Of a DNA stretch of 64,000 nt, positions 20,226-30,055 are shown piece by piece; within the stretch, counting starts at the first letter, position 1, and every line of letters starts with the position of its first letter. Source of the DNA: an uncultured bacterium (lineage in GTDB: Bacteria; Babelota; Babeliae; Babelales; Babelaceae); the NCBI GenBank assembly GCA_963819815.1, contig CAWFXL010000001.1:864001-928000 (forward strand), in the 5' to 3' direction. The position numbers and the translations under genes are program-made. The notes beneath the pieces were generated by a model. The model was not told where the DNA came from. It did no database searches and saw only the letters and a list, made by a program, of their open reading frames with translations.

Positions 20226-21452
20226 ATGATGAAAAAGATACTTTGCTTACTCGTATCTACAACCACCTTGATGCTCTCTCTTGGCATTTCATTGCAGGGG
20301 GGCACTATGTCCGCAGCACCTACCAAAGAAAGATATAGAGAACAATCTGACTACCCAAACTATGCCTGGAAGAGTTCGAACATACGGATTTCCCCAAAGC
20401 CCTCAAATACGGGTAAAGAAATCGGTATTGTCGAAACTCCCAGCATAAAGCCTCTAGGGTTCACCAAAAATGGAGACGTGAAAGTATTTCGGTTGACGGC
20501 ACAACCGGTTGAGCAGACCTTAACCGATGGAGCAGCTACGCACCATCAATTACTGCACGCCATGAAAACTATTCTTGGCATAAAAGCGTTACCCTCCAAA
20601 AAGAAACTAAACGCCTGGGGCTATAATGGCAGTACACCAGGACCTACCATTGAGCTCACGGTGGGGGATAAGGTACGTGTCATCTTTAGAAACGAATTAC
20701 CAGAACCGACGCTCATTCATTGGCACGGCCTTGAATATCCTCATGCCCTTGATAAATCTTCTGAAAGGAATCCCGTACTACCTGGAGAGACCCATGTGTA
20801 TGAGTTTACGGCCTATCAAGAAGGAACCTATCTGTACCACTCAGGCTGCTCTATTGCAAAGCAAAATAGATATGGACTCGTTGGTATGGTTATCGTTCAC
20901 CCAAAGCAGTATGAAGAACCTGTCGATAGACACATAGCTCTTCTTGTACAAGAATGGGCACTAAATTCACAGACACTCACCCCAAATACCGCGACAAATC
21001 AATTTAATTGGTTCACTTTGAACGGCCATGCTGCACCGAGCATTCCCCTTATCACCTTAAACCAAGGAGAGCGGGTGCGCCTCCATGTAGGATCTATGGC
21101 GCTCAATACCTATCCACTCTTTTTGCATGGCTACACCTGGACCCTCGTAGGAACGGAAGGTGGCCCCATTTCTAAGTCTGCTCAAATAAAAGGAGCAACG
21201 CTCCATCTTCTTCCTGGAACAACTCGAACGATTGAATTTACTGCATGGAACCCAGGAACCTGGCCTTTGTATGCTTTAACACGCCATCAAAGCCTGAGCC
21301 ATATGACCGATATCCCCTTAGAAGTAACACCTAACGGGGGAATATTTACTCTTTTGAAAGTAGAACCTACTGATCCCGATGCTCCATGGACACATCATTC
21401 AGAAGCTACAAGTGAAGAAGGCCGCGAATTTCCTCGCGACCTTCTAAGCTAA
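20226..21452 (+). CDS. Secreted multicopper-oxidase-fold (two cupredoxin domains) protein with degenerate Cu ligands
   Basis: AWGYNGSTPGPTI, IHWHG, GTYLYHSG, FTLNG, LFLHGY, NPGTWPLYAL. Confidence 0.85.
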   Translation: MMKKILCLLVSTTTLMLSLGISLQGGTMSAAPTKERYREQSDYPNYAWKSSNIRISPKPSNTGKEIGIVETPSIKPLGFTKNGDVKVFRLTAQPVEQTLTDGAATHHQLLHAMKTILGIKALPSKKKLNAWGYNGSTPGPTIELTVGDKVRVIFRNELPEPTLIHWHGLEYPHALDKSSERNPVLPGETHVYEFTAYQEGTYLYHSGCSIAKQNRYGLVGMVIVHPKQYEEPVDRHIALLVQEWALNSQTLTPNTATNQFNWFTLNGHAAPSIPLITLNQGERVRLHVGSMALNTYPLFLHGYTWTLVGTEGGPISKSAQIKGATLHLLPGTTRTIEFTAWNPGTWPLYALTRHQSLSHMTDIPLEVTPNGGIFTLLKVEPTDPDAPWTHHSEATSEEGREFPRDLLS

Positions 21453-21465
21453 CTAGGTTATGCGA

Positions 21466-21633
21466 CTATTTGCAGGAACCTGAACGGCAAGATTTGCTGC
21501 TTTGTCCACAATCGCAGTCTCTTGTGCATGTGCTACTGCTACATTTTTTACCACATTTAGCTGAAAGCATAAAAGTTCCAACTCCACTGCAGAGTAATGC
21601 AACAATGCATAAGGTAGAGATAATATTTTTCAT
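21466..21633 (-). CDS. Small secreted Cys-rich peptide (55 aa)
   Basis: AAGGAG RBS before ATG 21633; hydrophobic signal, then KCGKKCSSSTCTRDCDCGQSSKSCRSGSCK (7 Cys). Confidence 0.7.
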   Translation of the reverse strand: MKNIISTLCIVALLCSGVGTFMLSAKCGKKCSSSTCTRDCDCGQSSKSCRSGSCK

Positions 21634-21770
21634 CTGGACTCCTTTATTGTAGAGAGTTACGCTGCACCCATATGCAGACCATCCTAAAGTACCAATAAAA
21701 CATCTCAAGCTCAAGTGGGTCTAAGAAAGCCGTGTCTATCAAATGAGACACAGCTTTCTAGATCGTTACG

Positions 21771-22745
21771 TTATGCGTCTGTAAGTATTTTCTTCATCGC
21801 AGCAATTGAACCGCCAAGTCCAGCCGCTTCATATGGTACTACGATAAGCTTATTATCTTTACCTTCCATAAGGGACGGTATCGTCTTAATATACTGTATC
21901 GCCGCTAAGTAGCTCAGCGGATCTTGACCTGGAGCCGCATTCTTCACTAAATCGATCGCTTTTGCTTCAGCCTCGATAACCTGAAGACGTGCTTCTGCTT
22001 CACCACGAGCTTCAATCACCTTCGACTCAGCGACACCGCGAGCTTTCAGAATCGCAGATTCTCGTTGCCCTTCAGCCGTCAGAATTGCCGCCTGCTTAAG
22101 TCCTTCAGACTCTAAAATTACCGCACGACGATCCCGTTCTGCACGCATCTGCTTTTCCATCGCAATGCGAATATCCTGAGGCGGATTCACTTCCTGAAGC
22201 TCAACACGAGTAATCTTTACGCCCCATTTGTCGGTTGCAGCATCAAGATTGAGCCGCAATTTTTCGTTGATAGCATCTCGAGAGACTAAACTTTCATCAA
22301 GATCTAATGACCCGATAACGTTACGCAACGTTGTTTGCGTGAGCTTTTCGATCGCCTCTGGCACGTTGACCACTTCGTAAATCGCTCTCTTAGGATCAGT
22401 AATATGATAGTAAAGGAGCGCATTCACTTCCATCATCACGTTATCTCTTGTGATAACATTTTGCTTTGGAAAATCGTACACGCGTTCTCGTAAATCGATC
22501 TGATAAAAAGTTTTGACAAAACGATGGTATTTACGATCCGAGCCTGCAAGCAAATAGCTCCAGGTAACATAATGTGGCCTCTCCATGAAAGGCACCAAAA
22601 AATGTATCCCCGCCGTAAGTGTACGATCATAGCGTCCTAAACGTTCAACGATAATGGCCTCTGCCTGTGGTACTAAATACACAGAGCGCACCATAAGAAG
22701 CGCTGCAAGCAGCACTATAACAGCTAATACAATCATGAGTATCAT
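21771..22745 (-). CDS. SPFH/band-7 (stomatin/QmcA-like) membrane protein
   Basis: N-terminal TM, VERLGRY, QNVITRDNV, QTTLRNVIG, AMEKQMRAERDRRA. Confidence 0.95.
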   Translation of the reverse strand: MILMIVLAVIVLLAALLMVRSVYLVPQAEAIIVERLGRYDRTLTAGIHFLVPFMERPHYVTWSYLLAGSDRKYHRFVKTFYQIDLRERVYDFPKQNVITRDNVMMEVNALLYYHITDPKRAIYEVVNVPEAIEKLTQTTLRNVIGSLDLDESLVSRDAINEKLRLNLDAATDKWGVKITRVELQEVNPPQDIRIAMEKQMRAERDRRAVILESEGLKQAAILTAEGQRESAILKARGVAESKVIEARGEAEARLQVIEAEAKAIDLVKNAAPGQDPLSYLAAIQYIKTIPSLMEGKDNKLIVVPYEAAGLGGSIAAMKKILTDA

Positions 22746-22760
22746 AGGACACCTCTTAAG

Positions 22761-23201
22761 TTATGCATTGTTTTCTAATTTCTTTACCGTAAGATGGGTA
22801 CCGGCACTACCTATAACTTTTACTACCGCACCTTTCTTAATGGGAGTATCATCATAGGGTAACGCTGCCCATGGTTCACCATCTACGAGTACCCAGCCTC
22901 GTGATAGCGGGCTTATATCTTCAGTCACTACACCCTTTTTACCATGCAGTGCATCAACGTTCGTCTTTATAGCCCCTTTTTGCTCAATACGTTTAACATA
23001 CCGTCGTAGAAGAGCAAAGGTAAGAGCTGAGATACCCAAAAATATCCCTCCTTGCACCATAGGTGCAACATCGTACCATGCAGCAAAGCCTGCAGCTAAC
23101 GATCCTATCGAAAACGAGAGGAAAAAGAAGTATCCGGGTGAACTTAACTCTAAGAGAAGGCAGAGCGCAAAAAAAAGGCCCCACCAAGCGAAAATCTCCA
23201 T
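22761..23201 (-). CDS. NfeD-family (YbbJ-like) partner of SPFH protein
   Basis: TM segment LLLEL..PG.FFLSF; C-terminal OB fold G.V.VDGEPW.A; adjacent to SPFH gene. Confidence 0.9.
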   Translation of the reverse strand: MEIFAWWGLFFALCLLLELSSPGYFFFLSFSIGSLAAGFAAWYDVAPMVQGGIFLGISALTFALLRRYVKRIEQKGAIKTNVDALHGKKGVVTEDISPLSRGWVLVDGEPWAALPYDDTPIKKGAVVKVIGSAGTHLTVKKLENNA

Positions 23202-23530
23202 GACAAAGCCCTTTCTTGGTAAAAACATGCGAAATGTAACGTATCAATGTACTAATAGTATACCACATATACCAATAAATGCTAGTGAAAAATAATATCA
23301 TTCACTTGCCGCCCATAGAGCACTTTCTAAAAGCATATTGAGGCCACGCAACTTCTATACACTCTTTAATATGCACTTTTGGGCAATGAACATTGTAGGT
23401 TTTAATGGGGTTTAGACAACGCTGCTTGAACAGGAATGATAGTTTATTGCGCATGTCATCCAAGCTGGTATACATGCCACAATCTGAGAAAAAGCCATCT
23501 GCACTTATTTTCGTTAGATTAAATTCAAGA

Positions 23531-24838
23531 TCAGTTTTTCATTGGAGCAAGCGATAAACTGGCGTATCCAGAATTGCTATCGGGCTGAGAATGCAAGTCA
23601 GTTTGAGATCTGCTTGAAACTGCAGATATGTCATCATACTCAGATGGTTTAAGGTTTTGAGAATGCGCAACGACAATTAGGCCATAATCTGCTGATCTCG
23701 GATATCCACTACCTGAATCTTGATTCTGCTCTTGAGAAGGCGAGGATTCCTGCTGCCTGGCATACCATGTTCTCACATATGCAACAATACCAGCCATAAT
23801 ACTACATAAAACCAGTCCGCCACTTACAGCACCCCCAATAATCGCATAGGGAGGACTGCTTGCAGGAACTGCAAGGGTTGATGCAGTATCGGTTGTACTT
23901 GTAGTTATCCCATAAGTTATATTCGATGTTGGAGTAGTAGCAACAATTGAATTATTATTGATAGGCTGAGTGAAAGTTGCGGTCGGGGGTACACTACTTA
24001 TTGTTGATAAAGATTGAGTTATTGGGGAGTTAGAGCTAGGAATATTGGAAGCTCTAGTTGAGGTATCTGTTGTCGATGGTGATTGATTTGTTAAGGTTGT
24101 GCTGGGTATGTAAGCAGTAGGCCAATTAATTTGAATCAAGCCTTGTGCCTTATGCCCTGAAATATCGTCAAACGTAGAATTAATATAAATTGTGTTAAAA
24201 TAGCCTAGAGCTCGCGTTACGAAAGCGCAATGTAATATATGGTTTAATTCGTCCTGAAACCCGCCAGTAACCCAGCCAGGAGAATCGGCACAGGTCATAT
24301 TGCTAAATGTAAATGGCACTGTTGGGACCAGTCCTCCTAGAGGGCAACTGGATGAAATATTGCCGGAATTCGTATCCCTAAACACAAATGTTACACACGC
24401 CGTAACATCATTACCCACGGTGGTAATCATAGGTAAAAGGGGCACCATGGTATCATTTGAGGTGATATTCTGATAAAGATTCGTTACTGATAGAGCTGTT
24501 GCGCCAGGTATCTTGATTAGGGAGATCTTATTTTGCAGTGCCAAAAAACTTGCCAGCGTCTTTCCTGGATGCTTCCGCACAAATTGTAAAAATGACTTTG
24601 CAATTTTTAATCCCGCCTTGCTGAATACATAAAGAGATCGTAGAGCTTTCGCCCTATAAGTAAGAATCTCTGGAGATATAGCATCCTCCCCAGTATCACT
24701 TTTTGACTTTGTATGATATGACTCATTCTCAAGGCAACGAGAACGCTCAATAGAAGCTGCTGATAGTGATGTGAAAGAGGTTGCTATCACTGTAAACATC
24801 AGTGCTCGTGCGGACCATTCTTTCAACCAAATTGACAT
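23531..24838 (-). CDS. Single-pass membrane protein, receptor-like family paralog 3
   Basis: MSIWLKEW signal, KHPGK...GATALSVTN, S/T stalk, TM PPYAIIGGAVSGGLVLCSIMAGIVAYV, tail ADYGLI, SEYDDI, SGYASL. Confidence 0.8.
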   Translation of the reverse strand: MSIWLKEWSARALMFTVIATSFTSLSAASIERSRCLENESYHTKSKSDTGEDAISPEILTYRAKALRSLYVFSKAGLKIAKSFLQFVRKHPGKTLASFLALQNKISLIKIPGATALSVTNLYQNITSNDTMVPLLPMITTVGNDVTACVTFVFRDTNSGNISSSCPLGGLVPTVPFTFSNMTCADSPGWVTGGFQDELNHILHCAFVTRALGYFNTIYINSTFDDISGHKAQGLIQINWPTAYIPSTTLTNQSPSTTDTSTRASNIPSSNSPITQSLSTISSVPPTATFTQPINNNSIVATTPTSNITYGITTSTTDTASTLAVPASSPPYAIIGGAVSGGLVLCSIMAGIVAYVRTWYARQQESSPSQEQNQDSGSGYPRSADYGLIVVAHSQNLKPSEYDDISAVSSRSQTDLHSQPDSNSGYASLSLAPMKN

Positions 24839-25207
24839 GTTCTTCCTCAATTTTATCACTACTCGCTCAGAGTTTCCTAAATTCGGCAGAGATTGTCAAA
24901 CTTAGACCCTTACTTCGCGAGCAATAGTCTTACTAGTTGGGCTTTTACATCATGATGCTATTATTGGCCACTGCATCCTATTAGTAAAAATATTATTTCA
25001 AGTCACTATGTGCTTCTACAAAGCCTAAACTATTCACCTCCTTGCATAGCTCAGGTTGACTTGTCAGTAATTATAATAATTGGAGCGTATCCATTAATAA
25101 GTAGTCCTCTTGTAGAACATATCCTAAAAGTCGATTCATGCATTGTGAGAACCCACTAAATTGATATACTCAAAGCCATACATCAAGGAAACTCGAAAGT
25201 TTACGCT

Positions 25208-26023
25208 ATGGAACGTATCCCGGTCACCTTATTTATTCATGGCACTCTTCCCCTAGAACCGATTCTTCATCTACCTCCGGTCTACCGTTTTTTTCGCTGT
25301 CCTCAAGGCATTACCAAACTATCTGACCTTCCAGAAAGCCATACAACAGATTTTCTGACGATGCTGAGCGCCAAGTATCCTCAGGATTTTCCTAGGGATC
25401 ACTGTTACGCCTTTGGGTGGTCAGGTGATCTTAATCATACGGTACGAAAAGAGTCTGCCTATGAGCTTTACAAAGATCTGATCAAACTTAAAAAAGAATA
25501 TGCTCAAACGAATAATGATATCTTCTTACGCATACTCACGCATAGCCATGGGGGCAATGTTGCCTTGTGCCTCAAGCATGCCGCAGATACCTACGCAACT
25601 CCGATCCACCTTACCATCGATGAACTTATACTCCTTGCCTGCCCTGTGCAAGTAGAAACGGCCGATTATGCAAAAGATACATTGTTTCAAAAGGTATACT
25701 CTATTCATTCGCACCATGATATTTTACAGGTGATCGATCCACAAGGATTGCATGCGTTTCTGGAGTATCTTAAAAACTTTGGCCTTGAATTTACTCTTTC
25801 AAATCTCAAAGAGCTCGGCCCCCTGTTTTCTGAACGCCATTTTCCAAAGTATTGTCCTGTCGTAGAACTGAATGTTAAATATACGCACCGAGAACTCTTG
25901 CACATCGAGTTCCTTTTGCCAAAGTTTCTGGAATCTCTTCCTCAACTCATAGAGCGCATGAAAGAGCATACGGGATCTGATGAGTTAACCCATATATGTA
26001 CCGAAGTGCAGAATGTACCTTGA
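25208..26023 (+). CDS. Alpha/beta-hydrolase-fold hypothetical protein
   Basis: FIHGT, F.WSG, nucleophile elbow THSHGGNV, LILLACP. Confidence 0.7.
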   Translation: MERIPVTLFIHGTLPLEPILHLPPVYRFFRCPQGITKLSDLPESHTTDFLTMLSAKYPQDFPRDHCYAFGWSGDLNHTVRKESAYELYKDLIKLKKEYAQTNNDIFLRILTHSHGGNVALCLKHAADTYATPIHLTIDELILLACPVQVETADYAKDTLFQKVYSIHSHHDILQVIDPQGLHAFLEYLKNFGLEFTLSNLKELGPLFSERHFPKYCPVVELNVKYTHRELLHIEFLLPKFLESLPQLIERMKEHTGSDELTHICTEVQNVP

Positions 26024-26182
26024 GATGAGGTCTACTCATTCAAATAAATCATCGGAGCATCACTTTAAATCACTCTTTAAGAATGCAATTGACCGACAGC
26101 TATAAAAGCTGCTAGTATAGCTAGCTTCGGAAGAACTTTACAAGCTCATCCAGAATAAGATTCTAATCCATCGTTAAAAAAC

Positions 26183-26221
26183 TTCGGGAGCAAAGTACCA
26201 ATAAGGCACTCTGCTCCCGAA
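26183..26221 (-). terminator. Intrinsic terminator of the 26247-26966 gene
   Basis: TTCGGGAGCA...TGCTCCCGAA stem with an A run on + (T run on -). Confidence 0.7.
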
Positions 26222-26246
26222 CACATATAAAGAGTCTATGAGAGAC

Positions 26247-26966
26247 TTAGAACCATTGACCTAATCTTCCAAAGAATGAAGATTCTTCAGATGGCACTCT
26301 GTCATACTGACGTCGAGCAACTTCTTGCTCTTCAGGTGCTGCTTCTTCTTCATCAACTTCTGAAGCATTGTCATCTTCTACAACAGGTGCTGGTACAGGA
26401 CGAGCAATCGTTCGTGGATTTCTTCCTGCATTTGCTGCACGAGGAGCTGGTTTTACTGTCATAGGAACCGGTTTAGTTACTGCTGGCTTTCCACCTTTAG
26501 GAGCTTGTTTGCCTTTAGCTGCTGGCTTGTCACCTTTAGCTGTTGGTTTACCACCTTTAACTACTGGCTTTAGACCCTTACTAGGTTTTGCTGCATGTCT
26601 AGCACACGGTTTTCCTTTACATCTTTGATTTGCAAGAGCTGCTCTTGCCATACCAACGATTTGAGCATTATTTTGAGCTCTACCTGCAAAATTACATACG
26701 CCATTTTTGCATCCGGTATTCTTATTTACACCAGCGGTATGGGTATGAACGTTATTACCTGCAAAAGCTTTGCCTCTTCTTAGATTGCGAGCTTGTGCAA
26801 ACTTAACGATTACGGCACCTCTTGAACACTTATTACGTTGAATATTTTGAGCTTTAACAACCTTAACAGCTTTTCTACTGCAATGGCCGTTGCGGCACGT
26901 TCCGAAAGCATTACCTAAGGGTAATACTACGACTAATGATAAAAGTATGTGTTTCATATAATTCAT
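26247..26966 (-). CDS. Secreted basic low-complexity protein with C-x4-C motifs and acidic C-terminal patch
   Basis: Signal peptide; CRNGHC, CKNGVC, CKGKPC; K/P/A/G repeats (KGGKP); acidic EDD..EVDEEE; GGAG RBS. Confidence 0.7.
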   Translation of the reverse strand: MNYMKHILLSLVVVLPLGNAFGTCRNGHCSRKAVKVVKAQNIQRNKCSRGAVIVKFAQARNLRRGKAFAGNNVHTHTAGVNKNTGCKNGVCNFAGRAQNNAQIVGMARAALANQRCKGKPCARHAAKPSKGLKPVVKGGKPTAKGDKPAAKGKQAPKGGKPAVTKPVPMTVKPAPRAANAGRNPRTIARPVPAPVVEDDNASEVDEEEAAPEEQEVARRQYDRVPSEESSFFGRLGQWF

Positions 26967-27086
26967 AAAATCTCCAAATTTAGAGTTTATTATTGTTGTT
27001 ATTTTACTAATATGAATTATACCTGAAAAAAAACTTTTTGCAAGTGCTTGGGAAAAAGAGTGTGTGACAGGGACAGAATACCTTAA

Positions 27087-28940
27087 TTATAGGACTATAA
27101 CCGAATAAACAGCCTCAAGAATGGCAGTATGGTCAATTCTATGGAACGCCAAAAGCTCATCGGGCTTTCCTGATCGAGATATTTCATTGACAGCCAATAT
27201 TTCTATATGTACTCCTTCATTACGCAAAGCATAGCAGATGGCTTCACCAAGACCACCCTGCCTGAAATGATCTTCTACGGTAATAACCTTATTGTGGGCC
27301 TTACGAGCCATGCGAAGAACCGTTTCTTTATCGAGTGGTTTTACACTATAGAGATCAATAAGGGAGACCTTAATGTTCCTTGCCTTGAGCTCTTCGTATG
27401 CCTTAAGAGCCTCAAATACCGTAATTCCCGCGGCAATAATACAAACCTGGTCTTCATCACTTTCCTTAAGAACGTTACAACCTCCTATCCTAAAAGGCTG
27501 GTTCGGCCCATAGAGTATCGGGGTATCCATTCTTGTGAGGCGTAGATAACTTATACCTTCTTCATAGGCAACTATTTTTTGAAGAAGAGCATAGGTACTC
27601 ACCGCATCAGCCGGATACAGAATAATACTGTCAGGCAGTGACCGGATAAGAGCTATATCTTCAAGACCCATTTGGGAAGGGCCATCTGATCCTATAGATA
27701 CTCCAGCATGAGAACCAACCAATCTCAAGGCTGCTCTGTCGATGGCTGCCATTCGTATCTGATCATGAGCGCGTGTAATAAAGGAGGCAAACGTAGAACA
27801 GATGGGAATGTATCCCCGTGCATAGAAGCCGATACCCATGCCGATCATATTCTGCTCAGCGACGAAGCTCTGTATAAATCGCTGAGGAAACTTATGTTCA
27901 AACATTTCTGCAAAGGTAGAATTTTTGACCTCGGCATCAAGAGAAATAATTCTTTCTTCAAAGGCTCCCGCTACTGCTAAAGCATCTCCAAAGGCTTTCC
28001 TCGTTGCCCGCTTCATCTCTTTAGTATAGGGTGCTGGAGGCATAGAGAGGGAAATTGATCGTCGTGCTTCACGATGATAAGGCTTTACATGTGGTGGAAT
28101 AAAGGTTATCTGAGATTCCTCCTTAAAACGGTCTGCCATTTTTGCAAGGAGGTCGGGAAGCTGCTCTTTTGAAAAGGCATGTCCGTGATAACCATTTTTC
28201 CCTTCGATGCCCTCAAGCCCATATCCCTTAATAGTCTTTGCGACAATAACAGTTGGCTTATCTGAAGTGCGTGCTTGTTCTAAGGCAGCAAGGATCTCCT
28301 CCATAGCATGGCCATCAATACAGATCGTCTTCCACCCAAATGCTGCCCAACGGCCTGCGTGTTTCTCCGCATTACGATCATCGATCGTTTCAGTTGTTTG
28401 ACCAAGACCATTAAGATCGACAAGAGCTATGAGATTAGTAACCTTATAATAGGCAGCAAGCTCTATTGCTTCCCACACAGACCCTTCGGTCATTTCACTG
28501 TCACCAAGAAGAACATACGTATAAAAGGGTATCTCTTTTTGACGGCTACTGAGTGCCATACCAAGACCAACAGAAAGCCCACACCCTAAGGACCCTGTAG
28601 CCGCTTCATTGTAAACAAATCGTGGCGTAGGATGGCCTTCGAGTACTGAGGTGAATTTTCGTAGGGTCATAAGTTCCGCATAAGGAATAACCCCCACCTG
28701 CTCCCAGGCTGCATAGAGTACCGGAGCTGCATGCCCTTTTGATAAGATAAAGCGATCATTTGAAGGTTTTGTAGGATCTGCTGGATCAAACTTCATCGCT
28801 GAAAAAAATAAGGCCGCTACCATATCAGCTGCTGATAAACAGGACGTTGGATGACCAGAGCCGGCTTGAGTGGTGGCCTCTAAAGACAACACGCGTAACC
28901 GGTATGCATAGCTTTTTAAACGGAGTAACTGATCATCCAT
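27087..28940 (-). CDS. tkt: Transketolase
   Basis: SGHPTSCLS, DRFILSKGHAAP, LEGHPTP, ThDP motif GDSE.TEGSVWEA, AEQNM, DGPSQMGLED. Confidence 0.96.
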   Translation of the reverse strand: MDDQLLRLKSYAYRLRVLSLEATTQAGSGHPTSCLSAADMVAALFFSAMKFDPADPTKPSNDRFILSKGHAAPVLYAAWEQVGVIPYAELMTLRKFTSVLEGHPTPRFVYNEAATGSLGCGLSVGLGMALSSRQKEIPFYTYVLLGDSEMTEGSVWEAIELAAYYKVTNLIALVDLNGLGQTTETIDDRNAEKHAGRWAAFGWKTICIDGHAMEEILAALEQARTSDKPTVIVAKTIKGYGLEGIEGKNGYHGHAFSKEQLPDLLAKMADRFKEESQITFIPPHVKPYHREARRSISLSMPPAPYTKEMKRATRKAFGDALAVAGAFEERIISLDAEVKNSTFAEMFEHKFPQRFIQSFVAEQNMIGMGIGFYARGYIPICSTFASFITRAHDQIRMAAIDRAALRLVGSHAGVSIGSDGPSQMGLEDIALIRSLPDSIILYPADAVSTYALLQKIVAYEEGISYLRLTRMDTPILYGPNQPFRIGGCNVLKESDEDQVCIIAAGITVFEALKAYEELKARNIKVSLIDLYSVKPLDKETVLRMARKAHNKVITVEDHFRQGGLGEAICYALRNEGVHIEILAVNEISRSGKPDELLAFHRIDHTAILEAVYSVIVL

Positions 28941-29044
28941 AAAACCCCTTTGAGTAAGCCAAAGCTAAGTCAGCCTAGGCACTTCTACGTTCTCCTACTA
29001 TACTAAAGTGGTCCTCACCATGCTAGGGTTTGAGGAACTTTCCT

Positions 29045-29995
29045 ATGTCTATTTTTATAGCAATCTACCGCAAGCTCAGCTATCTACGCTCCCGCTTCCT
29101 TATCTATCTTGATATACAACTCTTTCTAAGTCTCTGCGCCTGGCCCTTACTTGCTGCTTGGGGGCTCCCTTTTTCTCCCGCAAATATTCTGGGCAATCTT
29201 CTGTTTACGCCTTTTCTAAGCCTCTTTCTCTTTATTTCCTCACTTATTTTTTTCTGCGAGCTTTTTTCCCTTCCTCACGGAATAGTGATAGGAATCTTAG
29301 AAGGTATCACCTATGCATGGAGCATCCTTCTTACATTGGGAAGTCGTTCTTGGCTCTTCATCGGAGCTCATCCTCCTTTGTATCTTACACTCCTTTTACC
29401 TCCCCTTGGCTGCAGCATCATGCTCTTTCGTCCCTTTTCTCACAAGCATCGTATCCTCATGTTTACCCTAATCTATCTCCTATGCGGATTCCTTATTCCC
29501 CGTTACCGACATGAGAGAACCTTACTGCTCCCCTATGAAACACAGCAGCTCACCATTATACAATCTCAAGGGAAAACGGTACTCATCGATCCTGGAGTGT
29601 TAGGACGGCGGATCTCTAGCCCACAAAAGATACAGCACACCTTGATTCCCTATCTTATCTCAAAGGGTATTCGGTGCATCGATATCCTTGTCGTACCAAA
29701 GCCATCTCTCATGGTCTTTAAAGCACTCGGCGTACTTGTTGATACATTTCCTGTAACCGATATCTACCTTCCTTCCTGGCAAGGATACACCTTGCAGAAT
29801 GCGGGCTGGTCAGCCTGGGAAACCTTAGCAAGAAAGGCACAAGATCACAGGACCACCGTTAGCCTTATAGATGAACCGACAACCCTCGCCTGTGGATCAA
29901 CACATATGGTGCTTACTCCCGCTCCTAAGTATGCTAAACGAAATAAGCTGGTATATCATGAACTCATTCCTAAACTGAACCAAACTTATGCTTGA
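29045..29995 (+). CDS. ComEC-like membrane protein (partial competence TM region plus degenerate metallo-beta-lactamase domain)
   Basis: NILGNLLFTP TM motif, VLIDPG, PYL...GI..ID.LV; HxHxDH metal motif absent. Confidence 0.6.
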   Translation: MSIFIAIYRKLSYLRSRFLIYLDIQLFLSLCAWPLLAAWGLPFSPANILGNLLFTPFLSLFLFISSLIFFCELFSLPHGIVIGILEGITYAWSILLTLGSRSWLFIGAHPPLYLTLLLPPLGCSIMLFRPFSHKHRILMFTLIYLLCGFLIPRYRHERTLLLPYETQQLTIIQSQGKTVLIDPGVLGRRISSPQKIQHTLIPYLISKGIRCIDILVVPKPSLMVFKALGVLVDTFPVTDIYLPSWQGYTLQNAGWSAWETLARKAQDHRTTVSLIDEPTTLACGSTHMVLTPAPKYAKRNKLVYHELIPKLNQTYA

Positions 29996-30055
29996 ACCAG
30001 TACGGTAAGAGCTGGTAGACTAGGCATACGTTTAAGAAAAGGAAGAAGTGAACAG

